Below are positions 49,301-57,784 of a stretch of 64,000 nt of DNA, one piece after another. Position 1 is the stretch's first letter; every line of letters starts with the position of its first letter. The position numbers and the translations under genes are program-made. Source of the stretch: a virus; the IMG/VR virus record IMGVR_UViG_3300036939_000021, positions 32,001 to 96,000 of that record; one strand, 5' to 3'. Under the pieces are notes generated by a model. That model had not been told where the DNA came from. It worked only from the letters and a program-made list of their open reading frames with translations, and made no database searches.

Positions 49301-52300
49301 AGAGAATCCGGACGGAATTATTTAGATATTGGTGGACGTTTAGAAGAAGCAAGAATAGGTGGTGATGTAGCTGGTGGTGTTCCTCATATTAAAAAAGATT
49401 TTGTATTAGAGGATAAAAATGGAAGTCTTGATGTAGGTATGCCAGCACCTACATCAGGTATTGTTTCTGCTATTTATCCAGAAGTAGGAGCTGTTGTAAT
49501 TGGAGACGGTAAAGGAGGACGTAAAGGTGCTGCTCTACATATGAAAAATATTAGAGTAAAAGTAGGGGATAGAGTTTCTTATGGTCAGATAATTGGTACA
49601 CAGTCTTATACAGGTAGTGAAGCTGTACACGCTCACGTAGAACTACCATTAAATGAATTTCCTAGATATATTGCAGATTTAAGATCAGGTCGTTTTGGTT
49701 CAGCTCCAGAATCTTCTAATTCCGATGATAAAAGTTTAGGTAACTTTAACGAAAGAGGTACTGGTAGTAACAAACCTTCTAATAAAACTACACCAAAAGT
49801 TAGCAGTTCAAGTGGAGGTTCTAGAGTTGCTGCTGCTACGAGTACAAGTAATGTTAGTGGTACTTCTTCTAGTAAAAGTTCTGTTTCTAGCTCTAGCACT
49901 ACAAGTAATAGCAGTGGAGGTCTTGTAGCACCTAAAGTAAGCTCTATCACAGTATCGCCTCAAGCTAAAAGAGATTTACTTACCGCTCGTCAAAAAGAAC
50001 AAGAAAAATCTTATAAAGAGATTGCTGATGAAATAGCATTCTCTCAACGTACTGGTAATGCTCAACAAAAACAACAACGAGAATTAGAAGATACAGCAAG
50101 AAAGCGTCAAACAGAAGAAGTAAAAGCCAGATTACAATTACAGATAGCTAAAGCAGAATCACCGGAAGCTAAGAAAATTTTAGAGAAAAATCTTCAACAG
50201 TTTGATGTTGACACTAAATATGAAGACGAACTCAAAAAATTACAACGTCAACGAGAAGATTTAGTAAAATCTCAACAAAATAAAATAGCCGCTATTAAAA
50301 AAGCAGAAGAACGTAAAAACGAATTTATAGAACAAAAACGAAAAGCGGGTGAAGAATATACACCAGCAGATTTAGAAAAATTCAAAGTAACACCTGATGA
50401 AGGTGCAATGATGGATTTCTCAAAAGCAATCAAAGACGTTGATAAAATGATTGCTTCTCAGAAAACTTTAAAAGAATTAGAACTCCAAACCCTTGGAATA
50501 AGTGAATCTATCGAAGAACGTCAGGAACGACGTGCTAAACAACGAGAACGTGATATAGAACAACTTAAACGTCAAAGTGCTATTGAAATTGATAGTTTGA
50601 AAAAACTGGAATCTTCGGTAACTGATGAAGATTTAAAAAAACAAATACAAGAAAAATTATCTAAAACTGAATTACAACTTAATGCAAAAATAGAGCTAAT
50701 GCCAATTGATGACCAATTGGAAGATTTACAGTTAGCATTATCAGAAGTACTTGCAGCAGGAATTAAAAAAGATGCACCAGAAGCACAAGAAATACAAAAA
50801 CAAATAGACGAATTAAATAAACAAAAAGCAGAAATAGCTAGAAAATCAGGATTAGATTTAACCCTCTTAGAAAACGAGCGTAAGCAAGCTGATATAGAAC
50901 GAGAACGTGAAAAGAAAGCCGAAACTAATGCTTTAACACATCGTACTAAAATAGCTGAAATTGATAGTAAAATTACTTCAGCTCGTTCTGATACGGAAAG
51001 AGCTACTTTAGAATTTGAAAAAGAAAGATTAAGTTTATTACAAGAACAATCAGAAGAACAACAACCTCTATTAGATAAATTAGCTGATTTACAAAAAGAT
51101 AAATCAACACTCTTAGGAAACGGTATTAAAGAATCATCGGAGGAAATGAAAATCCTTAATGATTCCATTGGTACTGTTACTCAGCAATTACTTTTATTAC
51201 AAAAAGAAGGTAAGACAGCTTTAGGCACTCTTACTAAAGAATCTCAAAAAGCTATAGATGAAGCTAAACGTGCTGACTCTAGCAGATTATTAGAAAAAGA
51301 ATCTTTACTATCAGGTAGCGATCTCAAATCTTCACGTTTAGAACAAATGCGTGAAAGAGATGCTGATCCATATAAAACATCAGCTTTCGAGAAAGAGATA
51401 GCAGCATCACAAGAAGCATTACGCTATCGTCAAGAAATGTTAGACATTGAAGAGAGAATAGCAAGTTTTCGTGATACTAATGCAGAATTATCGGTAACAG
51501 AAGAAAACCAACTCCGGAATAATGCAAGAGCAATTCATGAAATTAATTTAGAAAAAGTAAATGATAACGTCAGAACACTTGGAAAAGATTTAAGTAGTAT
51601 AGGTAAAGGTGCTGTTAAAGATTTTTTTGGTCAGTTAGTTTCTGGCAGTATGGACTTTAACAGTATTATGCAAAATATAATTTCTCAAATAGGTAATCTT
51701 GCGGTAGAACTTATTCAATCACATATTTTCGGAGAAGATGGATGGTTTGGTAAAAAATCTAAAAAAGAAGAAAAATCTGGGGGTGGTTTCTTAAGTGGGT
51801 TATTAGATGGCTCTCAAACACCCTCTAGCTTATTAGGTGGAAGTGGAGCGGGTGCAAGTCCTCTACAACCTGCTTTTGTGTCTGTAGTAGGCAGTGGAGG
51901 AGGTATAGGAGGATTGATAGGAGGTGCTACAGGTACAAGTAGCTTTGGAGGTGGAACCGATTTTATTAGTGCAATATTTGGTGGAGGAGGTTCTATTAAT
52001 AAAACCAATCCCTTACCGATAGATATGGTTAGCGCTGATAAAAATGCCTTTAGCGGTCTAGGGGATATCTTCTCTGGTATCTTTGGAGGTGGCTCTAGTG
52101 GAGGTCTAGGAGGGATGCTAGGGGGATTATTCGGAGGAGCTACCGGGGGATCTACAAGCTCACCTGGAGGAGGATTATTTGGAAGTATTCTTGGAATCTT
52201 ACCTAGTATTTTTGGATTTGCTGATGGTGGAAGAGTTCAAGGTGTAAAAATAGATAAACTTCCTAATCCAAGCGAAAATCCTATTGCAAAAGCTCTTAGA

Positions 52301-52624
52301 GCCGAAAGTATCGCAAGTGGTCAAAAACCTATTCTTGCTGTACTTCATGAAGGCGAATTAGTTCTTAATCGAGAACAACAACAAAGAGCAGGTATTTTTG
52401 ATGTTCCTAGATTTGATAATGGTGGACGTGTTGGTAATAATAGTATGAGTTTTGGAAATACAAATAATAATAATATTAATATGAGTTTTAATGTCGGTGA
52501 AGGTGTTGATAATTCCGGATTAGACGTAAATATGATCCGTGCTGTCGTAAATAACGAAATTATTAGACAGCAAGGATCAGGAGGAAGTTTAGGACGTGGT
52601 TCTTATTCCAGACGTGGGAGATAA
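46325..52624 (+). CDS. tape measure protein with embedded lysozyme-like and M23 peptidase-like domains
   Basis: FAATTPF...LGDVAAG...GIPIYQEL tape-measure domain; VKVGDRV..GQIIG...TG....HAHVE (M23); C-terminal FADGG...LHEGELV. Confidence 0.93.
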   Translation: MSTSLGRLTLDLAADPTQLNNDLNAVKAHAQQIAKDIENSLRQAFQTAGSAATNAANQANRNNNTGTSNNFFSGLNNSLTSFTTNIRTTFASLRTLNFTNIFRGLKTSFQNIPQIAQNAIRNLPRILKAGVATLPIVLAAVGIEAGKRLGQGVLSATRTGLSGLGRLAQKAGSTVASSFNAGLGAIAFGAFTSAGVSAFNTVTGVIGGAINQVKGFGGELFNTLKEVQKFDARLKTFVTDTEKRAELNKRLNSFAATTPFELKDIRESAIKNLSTMADPSKLNLDKYMADLKALGDVAAGSQQPVGELADKFAKARSEGKAQNEDLQEWAGRGIPIYQELGKLLGATAAEVRQMATDGKVDFEMLSAAVSSMTQEGGVFFKSMENQAGTLEGKISNISDTFYQFKEQLGKAFEPLANLGVDIFGEIVSSLKDSKGVMEDITKETQKLADYFKENPEIAKSLNKALQDIIRGAMKGLVNGVKSFTEFLKDNPDIIKQIATGIATVSKTIAQVVGYVVDLASTFGGAVADNIAKNQDLITGIINIIRDIVDKAIEIASVFGNTILNAVNENNFLIEGMRNIVTAILDLWYQHKDTLLLIAQSIGSLVVTALKVVIDLVLGILNYLKEHPAIIQTIVKTVQFLSAIFEGILKTIGLLLQGLGWVIEKVTQWVAANQPIQTFFDGVSTAVTGIITGMDNIIAKTFDWLKKLEPVQKALEWIGNLSNSGGDNSGNENNGEVQDIGNSMNGMLNTMGGSFDPFAGGSNSFAAKVVGHSEGNRTATGGFNASYKGHSDPGNAQHNVGSFSMQTGTHGMKSPEQADIYWQGKLKGVWNQFVQAAQKAGLDPNNPTLAANFLDLYTQSPAAAVEGMTSFINNLDKIKAGGGTEEAILKTRLAAFHNSAGRLEAWTDIGGLTADQKRRMSALQAAMPNATKGMQMSSSGGLENFPEKNTGSRRGGKTIAHPSGGLTIHDSAGGTIDKYSQLTVHHPSRGTRGRESGRNYLDIGGRLEEARIGGDVAGGVPHIKKDFVLEDKNGSLDVGMPAPTSGIVSAIYPEVGAVVIGDGKGGRKGAALHMKNIRVKVGDRVSYGQIIGTQSYTGSEAVHAHVELPLNEFPRYIADLRSGRFGSAPESSNSDDKSLGNFNERGTGSNKPSNKTTPKVSSSSGGSRVAAATSTSNVSGTSSSKSSVSSSSTTSNSSGGLVAPKVSSITVSPQAKRDLLTARQKEQEKSYKEIADEIAFSQRTGNAQQKQQRELEDTARKRQTEEVKARLQLQIAKAESPEAKKILEKNLQQFDVDTKYEDELKKLQRQREDLVKSQQNKIAAIKKAEERKNEFIEQKRKAGEEYTPADLEKFKVTPDEGAMMDFSKAIKDVDKMIASQKTLKELELQTLGISESIEERQERRAKQRERDIEQLKRQSAIEIDSLKKLESSVTDEDLKKQIQEKLSKTELQLNAKIELMPIDDQLEDLQLALSEVLAAGIKKDAPEAQEIQKQIDELNKQKAEIARKSGLDLTLLENERKQADIEREREKKAETNALTHRTKIAEIDSKITSARSDTERATLEFEKERLSLLQEQSEEQQPLLDKLADLQKDKSTLLGNGIKESSEEMKILNDSIGTVTQQLLLLQKEGKTALGTLTKESQKAIDEAKRADSSRLLEKESLLSGSDLKSSRLEQMRERDADPYKTSAFEKEIAASQEALRYRQEMLDIEERIASFRDTNAELSVTEENQLRNNARAIHEINLEKVNDNVRTLGKDLSSIGKGAVKDFFGQLVSGSMDFNSIMQNIISQIGNLAVELIQSHIFGEDGWFGKKSKKEEKSGGGFLSGLLDGSQTPSSLLGGSGAGASPLQPAFVSVVGSGGGIGGLIGGATGTSSFGGGTDFISAIFGGGGSINKTNPLPIDMVSADKNAFSGLGDIFSGIFGGGSSGGLGGMLGGLFGGATGGSTSSPGGGLFGSILGILPSIFGFADGGRVQGVKIDKLPNPSENPIAKALRAESIASGQKPILAVLHEGELVLNREQQQRAGIFDVPRFDNGGRVGNNSMSFGNTNNNNINMSFNVGEGVDNSGLDVNMIRAVVNNEIIRQQGSGGSLGRGSYSRRGR

Positions 52625-52626
52625 AG

Positions 52627-52869
52627 CTATTTTAAATATATAGCTTTAACGATGTCTAAAGATTGTTTTTGTTTTTCATCAAGCCAATCTATATTTTCAT
52701 GCTCACCTTGATAAGTTCCTGATAAAGCATTAAGTCCTATTTCTACGAGATCACATCCAGAAATATCATCATATCCTGTTCCATTATTTCCAGAAACAAC
52801 AATTCGAGTCTCCGAGTCTAAACCTTCAAGCAATTTTTGTAATTTACCAACTGTTAGATATTCTTTCAT
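52627..52869 (-). CDS. hypothetical protein (cassette cargo)
   Basis: Promoter module at 52870-52933. Confidence 0.72.
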   Translation of the reverse strand: MKEYLTVGKLQKLLEGLDSETRIVVSGNNGTGYDDISGCDLVEIGLNALSGTYQGEHENIDWLDEKQKQSLDIVKAIYLK

Positions 52870-52933
52870 TTTCTATAATCCTTCGATTTTCTACTTACTT
52901 CTTAATTTTAACTATAAAAATCTAAGATGTCAA
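52870..52933 (-). promoter_or_regulatory. repeated early promoter module
   Basis: Reverse complement TTGACATCTTAGATTTTTATAGTTAAAAT. Confidence 0.85.
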
Positions 52934-53041
52934 CAAAAGCTATAATTTTTATTTTATTCCCATTTTATTTCTAAATTCTTACGTTTTAACATTTTTATCA
53001 ATTCTTAAAAAAAATATCTTGATGATAACAGCTAGAAGTAA

Positions 53042-53224
53042 TTATTTTATGTAATCACTAAAAGTTTTATTCAATAAATAATATTTCATATCATAACTTT
53101 TAATCTCTTTTAAATGCTTTTTACAGCAATGTAATAAATTTATCTCTCCCTCATATTCAGCAACAGCCAGAGATAGCCTACCGTCTTCTTTACAGATATC
53201 ACAAAAAGGTATAGTAACTTTCAT
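53042..53224 (-). CDS. small zinc-binding protein, paralog A
   Basis: CDIC...GRLSL.VAEY...HCC..HL.EIK. Confidence 0.65.
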   Translation of the reverse strand: MKVTIPFCDICKEDGRLSLAVAEYEGEINLLHCCKKHLKEIKSYDMKYYLLNKTFSDYIK

Positions 53225-53226
53225 AT

Positions 53227-53418
53227 TTATTTTAGATAATTAATAAGAGTTTTATTCAATAACCAATAATAGGAGTATTTTTCTTTAATTTCGATTAAAT
53301 GTGTTATACAACAATGTAAAACTTTTAGATCATTATCGTATTCTGTATATTCAGCAACGCCTAAAGATAAACGTCCTTTTATTGCACATTGATTACAAAT
53401 TGGAATGTTAACCTGCAT
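53227..53418 (-). CDS. small zinc-binding protein, paralog B
   Basis: CNQC...GRLSL.VAEY...HCC..HL.EIK. Confidence 0.65.
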   Translation of the reverse strand: MQVNIPICNQCAIKGRLSLGVAEYTEYDNDLKVLHCCITHLIEIKEKYSYYWLLNKTLINYLK

Positions 53419-53819
53419 TATTCTTTTAATCCTCGATTAGCTATAATACTCCCTCTTCCTGCACAAGATTGGGAGCAATATTTATCTTGTTTTCCTTTTA
53501 AATCTCTACAGCAAACTACACAACTTTTACCATTAAATTTTCTATTAATTGCTATTGCTTCTCCATAACATTTTTTTGAACAATACTTATTCTTAAGAAC
53601 TTTATTTTCTTCTCCACATATTAAACATTTTGGCTTTTCTTTTGGTATGCGTCTTTCTTTTCGTATTTGTTGTTTAAACTTTTTTTTATCTTTTTTCTTC
53701 AAAATTACTTTTTCTTGTGATAAAACTTTTATTTTAACAGGCTCTTGATTTGTTTTCTTTTTTGCTTCTATCCGCTCTAGAGCATCTAACTTGCGAATTT
53801 CTGTATAATCAATATTCAT
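53418..53819 (-). CDS. basic protein with two CxxC...YCSxxC zinc fingers
   Basis: CLICG...KYCSKKC and CVVC...KYCSQSC. Confidence 0.7.
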   Translation of the reverse strand: MNIDYTEIRKLDALERIEAKKKTNQEPVKIKVLSQEKVILKKKDKKKFKQQIRKERRIPKEKPKCLICGEENKVLKNKYCSKKCYGEAIAINRKFNGKSCVVCCRDLKGKQDKYCSQSCAGRGSIIANRGLKE

Positions 53820-53823
53820 AGTC

Positions 53824-54270
53824 TTAATTCTCCAAAAATCCCGATTCTGTTATAAAAGTAGCAAGCCCAAAAGCTTGCCATAAATGTGATTTTAAATATT
53901 TTGTAGTTTGCTTACCATACTTTTCTATAAGACACTTACGCATACCGGAATCATTAGTAACACCATGATGTTTTTTAATGGTTGTTCTTAAAATCATAGT
54001 ATCGTCTATATCTGTTATAATATCAGCTTTTTTCTTTTCCCAAACTTGATAAAATCTCCCACTCCAAAAAGCCGTATCTAAGATTTCACGTCCAATAACT
54101 TGCCCCATATTTGCAAGTTTCTCAATGAATAAATATTCAGCTTGTGATGATTCCAGTAGTGTTACTATTTGTCCATTTGTGGTAATGCAAGCCTTATATA
54201 TTTGTGTTCCATCCCATTCAAGATAGGCTGATATTTTATTACCCGGATCGATTGCGATTATTAAAGGCAT
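53824..54270 (-). CDS. RuvC-like Holliday junction resolvase
   Basis: IIAIDPG...FIE...HLWQAFGLA. Confidence 0.75.
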   Translation of the reverse strand: MPLIIAIDPGNKISAYLEWDGTQIYKACITTNGQIVTLLESSQAEYLFIEKLANMGQVIGREILDTAFWSGRFYQVWEKKKADIITDIDDTMILRTTIKKHHGVTNDSGMRKCLIEKYGKQTTKYLKSHLWQAFGLATFITESGFLEN

Positions 54271-54331
54271 AAAAAACTAGGTAAGTCTTACTGTGAGCTT
54301 ACCTAGTTTTTTAGTATATGTCAAGAGTATA

Positions 54332-55234
54332 TTAAAAATTAAATTCTTTATCGAGTGATTCTAGATAATGCTGAATCTCTTCATTAGATGGTTTTAAGCT
54401 GTCTCGATCACTAATAATTTTAAACTGCGTAGTTGCTTTAGATTTTGATGTTCCTAATTGTGGCAGGTCTAAAGCTAATTTAACCTCATGACACGCTAAC
54501 CAAATGCTATGAGTTAAAGAAGGCTTACGTCCTAAACTTAAAGCACCGTCATAATAATAAGCAGCTAACTCTTCAGCACGTCCTACAGCGTGTATTTGTA
54601 AAGCTTCTGGTATGTGATTACGTCCTATTTGGATAATGCCATTTATTACAGGCATTGATCGTAATTTATCAGCGGTTGTACCAAGTAAAAACTGATAAGT
54701 CATATTAGTATACTTGGCATAAGCTCTTTCATCGTGTCCACAATGAGCTTTAATTACATCTGTAAAACTTCTACGGTGAATCTTACGTTTAGCTCTTTCT
54801 TCTTCCCAGGTGCCTATAATAAACTTTTGATGATCTGTTAAATCTACTGGCTGATTATCTTTAATACCTATTTGATATCCAGCCATCCGATAAAGGAATT
54901 GGTTAGCACCTGCATCGATCATCTCATCAAATAACTCTGGGTTATCTTTAGCTAACCAACGTCCCATAATCTTTGCTGGTATTAAAATAACCTGAGATGA
55001 TCCTTTACCAATACCATGTTGAATGCTTGCTTTCACTAACTTTGTGAATTTTTTCACAGTGCCCTCAAACTCATTTATATCAATAGTTTCAAGATTTTGA
55101 CAACGTTTAGTTACAGTAGTACGATCAATATTTTGCCAACGTGAATAACTAGATTGTGTACAAAAAGCTTGACCATTATTTAAAATTACTACTTCAAGAC
55201 CAGAATCACTGCGAGAATATGTTAAACTAGACAT
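54332..55234 (-). CDS. antirepressor-like DNA-binding protein
   Basis: GLEV....G.AF..QS.Y.R N-terminus and RRSFTDVIK...YTN..Y..LLG C-terminal domain. Confidence 0.5.
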   Translation of the reverse strand: MSSLTYSRSDSGLEVVILNNGQAFCTQSSYSRWQNIDRTTVTKRCQNLETIDINEFEGTVKKFTKLVKASIQHGIGKGSSQVILIPAKIMGRWLAKDNPELFDEMIDAGANQFLYRMAGYQIGIKDNQPVDLTDHQKFIIGTWEEERAKRKIHRRSFTDVIKAHCGHDERAYAKYTNMTYQFLLGTTADKLRSMPVINGIIQIGRNHIPEALQIHAVGRAEELAAYYYDGALSLGRKPSLTHSIWLACHEVKLALDLPQLGTSKSKATTQFKIISDRDSLKPSNEEIQHYLESLDKEFNF

Positions 55235-55323
55235 ACAACAATTTTCCTTAGATTATCTACATGGGGCTAGCAACCGTTAATTGCTAGCCTTCTTTTTTAT
55301 TTTAACATATTATATCGACATCT

Positions 55324-55383
55324 AGCAAAAAGAAACATACACCGGAATCATAAAGATTATTCCGGTGTATGTTTCTTTTTGCT
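55324..55383. terminator. hairpin with GGAATCAT-AAAG-ATTATTCC core
   Basis: 25-bp perfect outer arms. Confidence 0.8.
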
Positions 55384-55391
55384 TTCTACTA

Positions 55392-57011
55392 TTACCGTCT
55401 AGTAAAAACCCATAAGTCCTCAGATGCTCTTGTAATAGCCGTATAGAGCAATCGATATATCACCGAATTATTCTCGTATGGCGTTAGATTAGGATTGCGA
55501 GAGAAGCAATCCGCATAGTTGTAAAAGACTTTATTAAGTGTCGTTCCTTGGGATTTGTGGACAGTAATTACCCAAGAACTATAAAGCTTATTTGTTACTT
55601 TGTATGTTTTATTACCGTCTTCAAAACAATAAGGTTTGTCTGATTCTGCTGTCCAATGCTGAAACTCAAATTGTGTATTAAAAGTATTATTGAGCAAAGA
55701 TTTATATTTTACTAAAATAGGTTCTGGTATTCGATATTGTTTCCAAAAATCAAGGACATATTGCATAAATCTTGCATAAGCTTTACGTTGAGAATCTGTA
55801 AGTACTGCTACCTCATATTCTCTACCTTTATAAGTTAGAGTAAGCAAGCAATATTCAATACATATTTGAGGTTCCCAATATTGAAAATATTTTAAAAATT
55901 CAGCATGATTATTAGATCTTGTTAAAGGAGAGAAAAAATAATGCTCTTTTATTTCGCAAGATTTTACATAAAAATCCTCAGAGTTTGCTAAACGTTTTCT
56001 TGCTTTATCACGCTCATCTACTAAATATTTTGTTTTATTTGTTTGTTCTTCTGTCCGTCTAGATACCCAACTTAAATCAAATAGTTCTAAATGTTTAGTC
56101 AAACTATAATAAGCATGAAAAGGTTGATGACTGAAAAGACACTCACCAGGTACATACTGGAATAATGCTGTTTCCCCATAGACAGCTGTTCTAATAAGAG
56201 TTGAAAATGTTTCTAGTGTTCGGCGTTTATAGACAAGCATTCTTAAATAATCCGGGCGAGGATTACCCATAAAATTTGCTTCCTGTAAAGCCATATGTAA
56301 GAAGTCAGCAAACCAGTGAGAATTCTCCGGTGCTACTTTTTCCTTACAAACTGTTATGGATTCTACTGATTTAGGGAATACATAAGCGTAATCTATTTCC
56401 TCATTTTCTATGCGTTCTCTAATACGAGAAGCTGTTTTTAAAATATTTCCTTGATATCTTACTATTCCCTCTAAATAAAATACTTTTTTAATTTGTCTAA
56501 AAGGTGCTGAAACTCTATTCTCTTTGACTGGATATAATTGATAAGGATCACCAATAAATAATAATTTACCTTTTATAGATTCCATAATCATTTCAAAAAG
56601 CAAATTATTAATCATGCTTGCTTCATCTACAAAAACATAATCATATAAACCATACGGTCTTGTTTCTACAGGATCAGACGTAAATTCTAATTCAGAATCG
56701 TCTTCCTCTTCTTCTGTGGGAATAGATTTTAAAAATTTATGAATAGTACCTAGTGCTATAGTTTTATACTGAGGTTTTCCTACTAATTTATTAATATTAA
56801 ATTGTGATAATTTTTCTTCTAAAACTCTTACAGCTTTATTTGTTGGAGCGCTAACACCTATAAGAGCATCAGGATCTTTATCTAAAATATCGTCTATTAA
56901 AGTTGCAACTAGAAAGGTCTTACCACTACCAGCAGCACCTATAAGAGTACCTGTACCTTCTAGTTGAAAAAACCATTCTCTAGCTTGCTGCTGACTTTCT
57001 GTAAGTTGCAT
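55392..57011 (-). CDS. SF1B (Dda/RecD-like) helicase
   Basis: GAAGSGKT, APTNKA, DEASM, GDPYQL, TVHKSQG, YTAITRA. Confidence 0.92.
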   Translation of the reverse strand: MQLTESQQQAREWFFQLEGTGTLIGAAGSGKTFLVATLIDDILDKDPDALIGVSAPTNKAVRVLEEKLSQFNINKLVGKPQYKTIALGTIHKFLKSIPTEEEEDDSELEFTSDPVETRPYGLYDYVFVDEASMINNLLFEMIMESIKGKLLFIGDPYQLYPVKENRVSAPFRQIKKVFYLEGIVRYQGNILKTASRIRERIENEEIDYAYVFPKSVESITVCKEKVAPENSHWFADFLHMALQEANFMGNPRPDYLRMLVYKRRTLETFSTLIRTAVYGETALFQYVPGECLFSHQPFHAYYSLTKHLELFDLSWVSRRTEEQTNKTKYLVDERDKARKRLANSEDFYVKSCEIKEHYFFSPLTRSNNHAEFLKYFQYWEPQICIEYCLLTLTYKGREYEVAVLTDSQRKAYARFMQYVLDFWKQYRIPEPILVKYKSLLNNTFNTQFEFQHWTAESDKPYCFEDGNKTYKVTNKLYSSWVITVHKSQGTTLNKVFYNYADCFSRNPNLTPYENNSVIYRLLYTAITRASEDLWVFTRR

Positions 57012-57075
57012 CTTCTTTTTAGGCTATAAATCTATATCTCTACTATATGCCTAAAAATGCAATATGTCAATAAAA

Positions 57076-57435
57076 TTATTTTCTTAAAACATCTCGAATA
57101 GTACCAAGTATATCTGAGATACTGTAAGGCTTAGTAATATAACGATCAGCACCTAATTTAAAACCTATTTTTTGATCTACATAACGAACGTGAGCAGAAA
57201 CAAAAATAAAAGGTGTTTTTGGATATAATTCTTTTGCTTCAGTTATTACGTTATATCCTGTAATACCTGGCATCGTTATATCACAAAGTATTAAATCAAA
57301 TTCTTTTTTTCTTATTACATCAATTGCATCACGTCCACCAGATACAGATACTACCTCGTATCCCTCCATTTTTAAAAGTTCTTCTAAAGCAAACCTATTA
57401 CCCTCGTCATCTTCAACAACTAAAATTACACACAT
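57076..57435 (-). CDS. single-domain response regulator receiver
   Basis: ILVVEDD...DLILCDITMPG..G...FIFVSA...GADRYITKPY. Confidence 0.92.
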   Translation of the reverse strand: MCVILVVEDDEGNRFALEELLKMEGYEVVSVSGGRDAIDVIRKKEFDLILCDITMPGITGYNVITEAKELYPKTPFIFVSAHVRYVDQKIGFKLGADRYITKPYSISDILGTIRDVLRK

Positions 57436-57698
57436 TTCTTTTTAAAAATTACTATATTTTTCTCTTCTATTTGCTTATTCTTTTGTTCTAAAATTTGTAA
57501 CTCTTTTTCAAACGATTGCTCTATAATATCTAAATGTTTTTGTATTTGTTCTGAAGTAAGTTTTCCTGAATCTAAGTATTTTTTTAAAATAGCTACAGAT
57601 GTTAAACCGGAAGTTATCACATTTCTAGATTCATGATTACGTGCTTGTATAAGTTGCAAAGGACATTGTTCCTCGTATTCGCAATTTATCTTAATCAT
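57426..57698 (-). CDS. HisKA (DHp)-only protein
   Basis: NHESRNVITSGLTSVAILKKY...EQIQKHLDII resembles a kinase H-box helix pair; no ATPase domain. Confidence 0.65.
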   Translation of the reverse strand: MIKINCEYEEQCPLQLIQARNHESRNVITSGLTSVAILKKYLDSGKLTSEQIQKHLDIIEQSFEKELQILEQKNKQIEEKNIVIFKKKCV

Positions 57699-57784
57699 GA
57701 TTTTGCTTAAGTGAATATTATATCAAGTCTATTGCAAAATAATTATTATTTATCTCAATCGCTCGATAGTTGTTATTTAAAAAA

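Noticed and set aside
47671-52008. Minus-strand ORFs inside the tape measure gene
   Set aside because: Antisense shadows with no RBS or recognisable motifs
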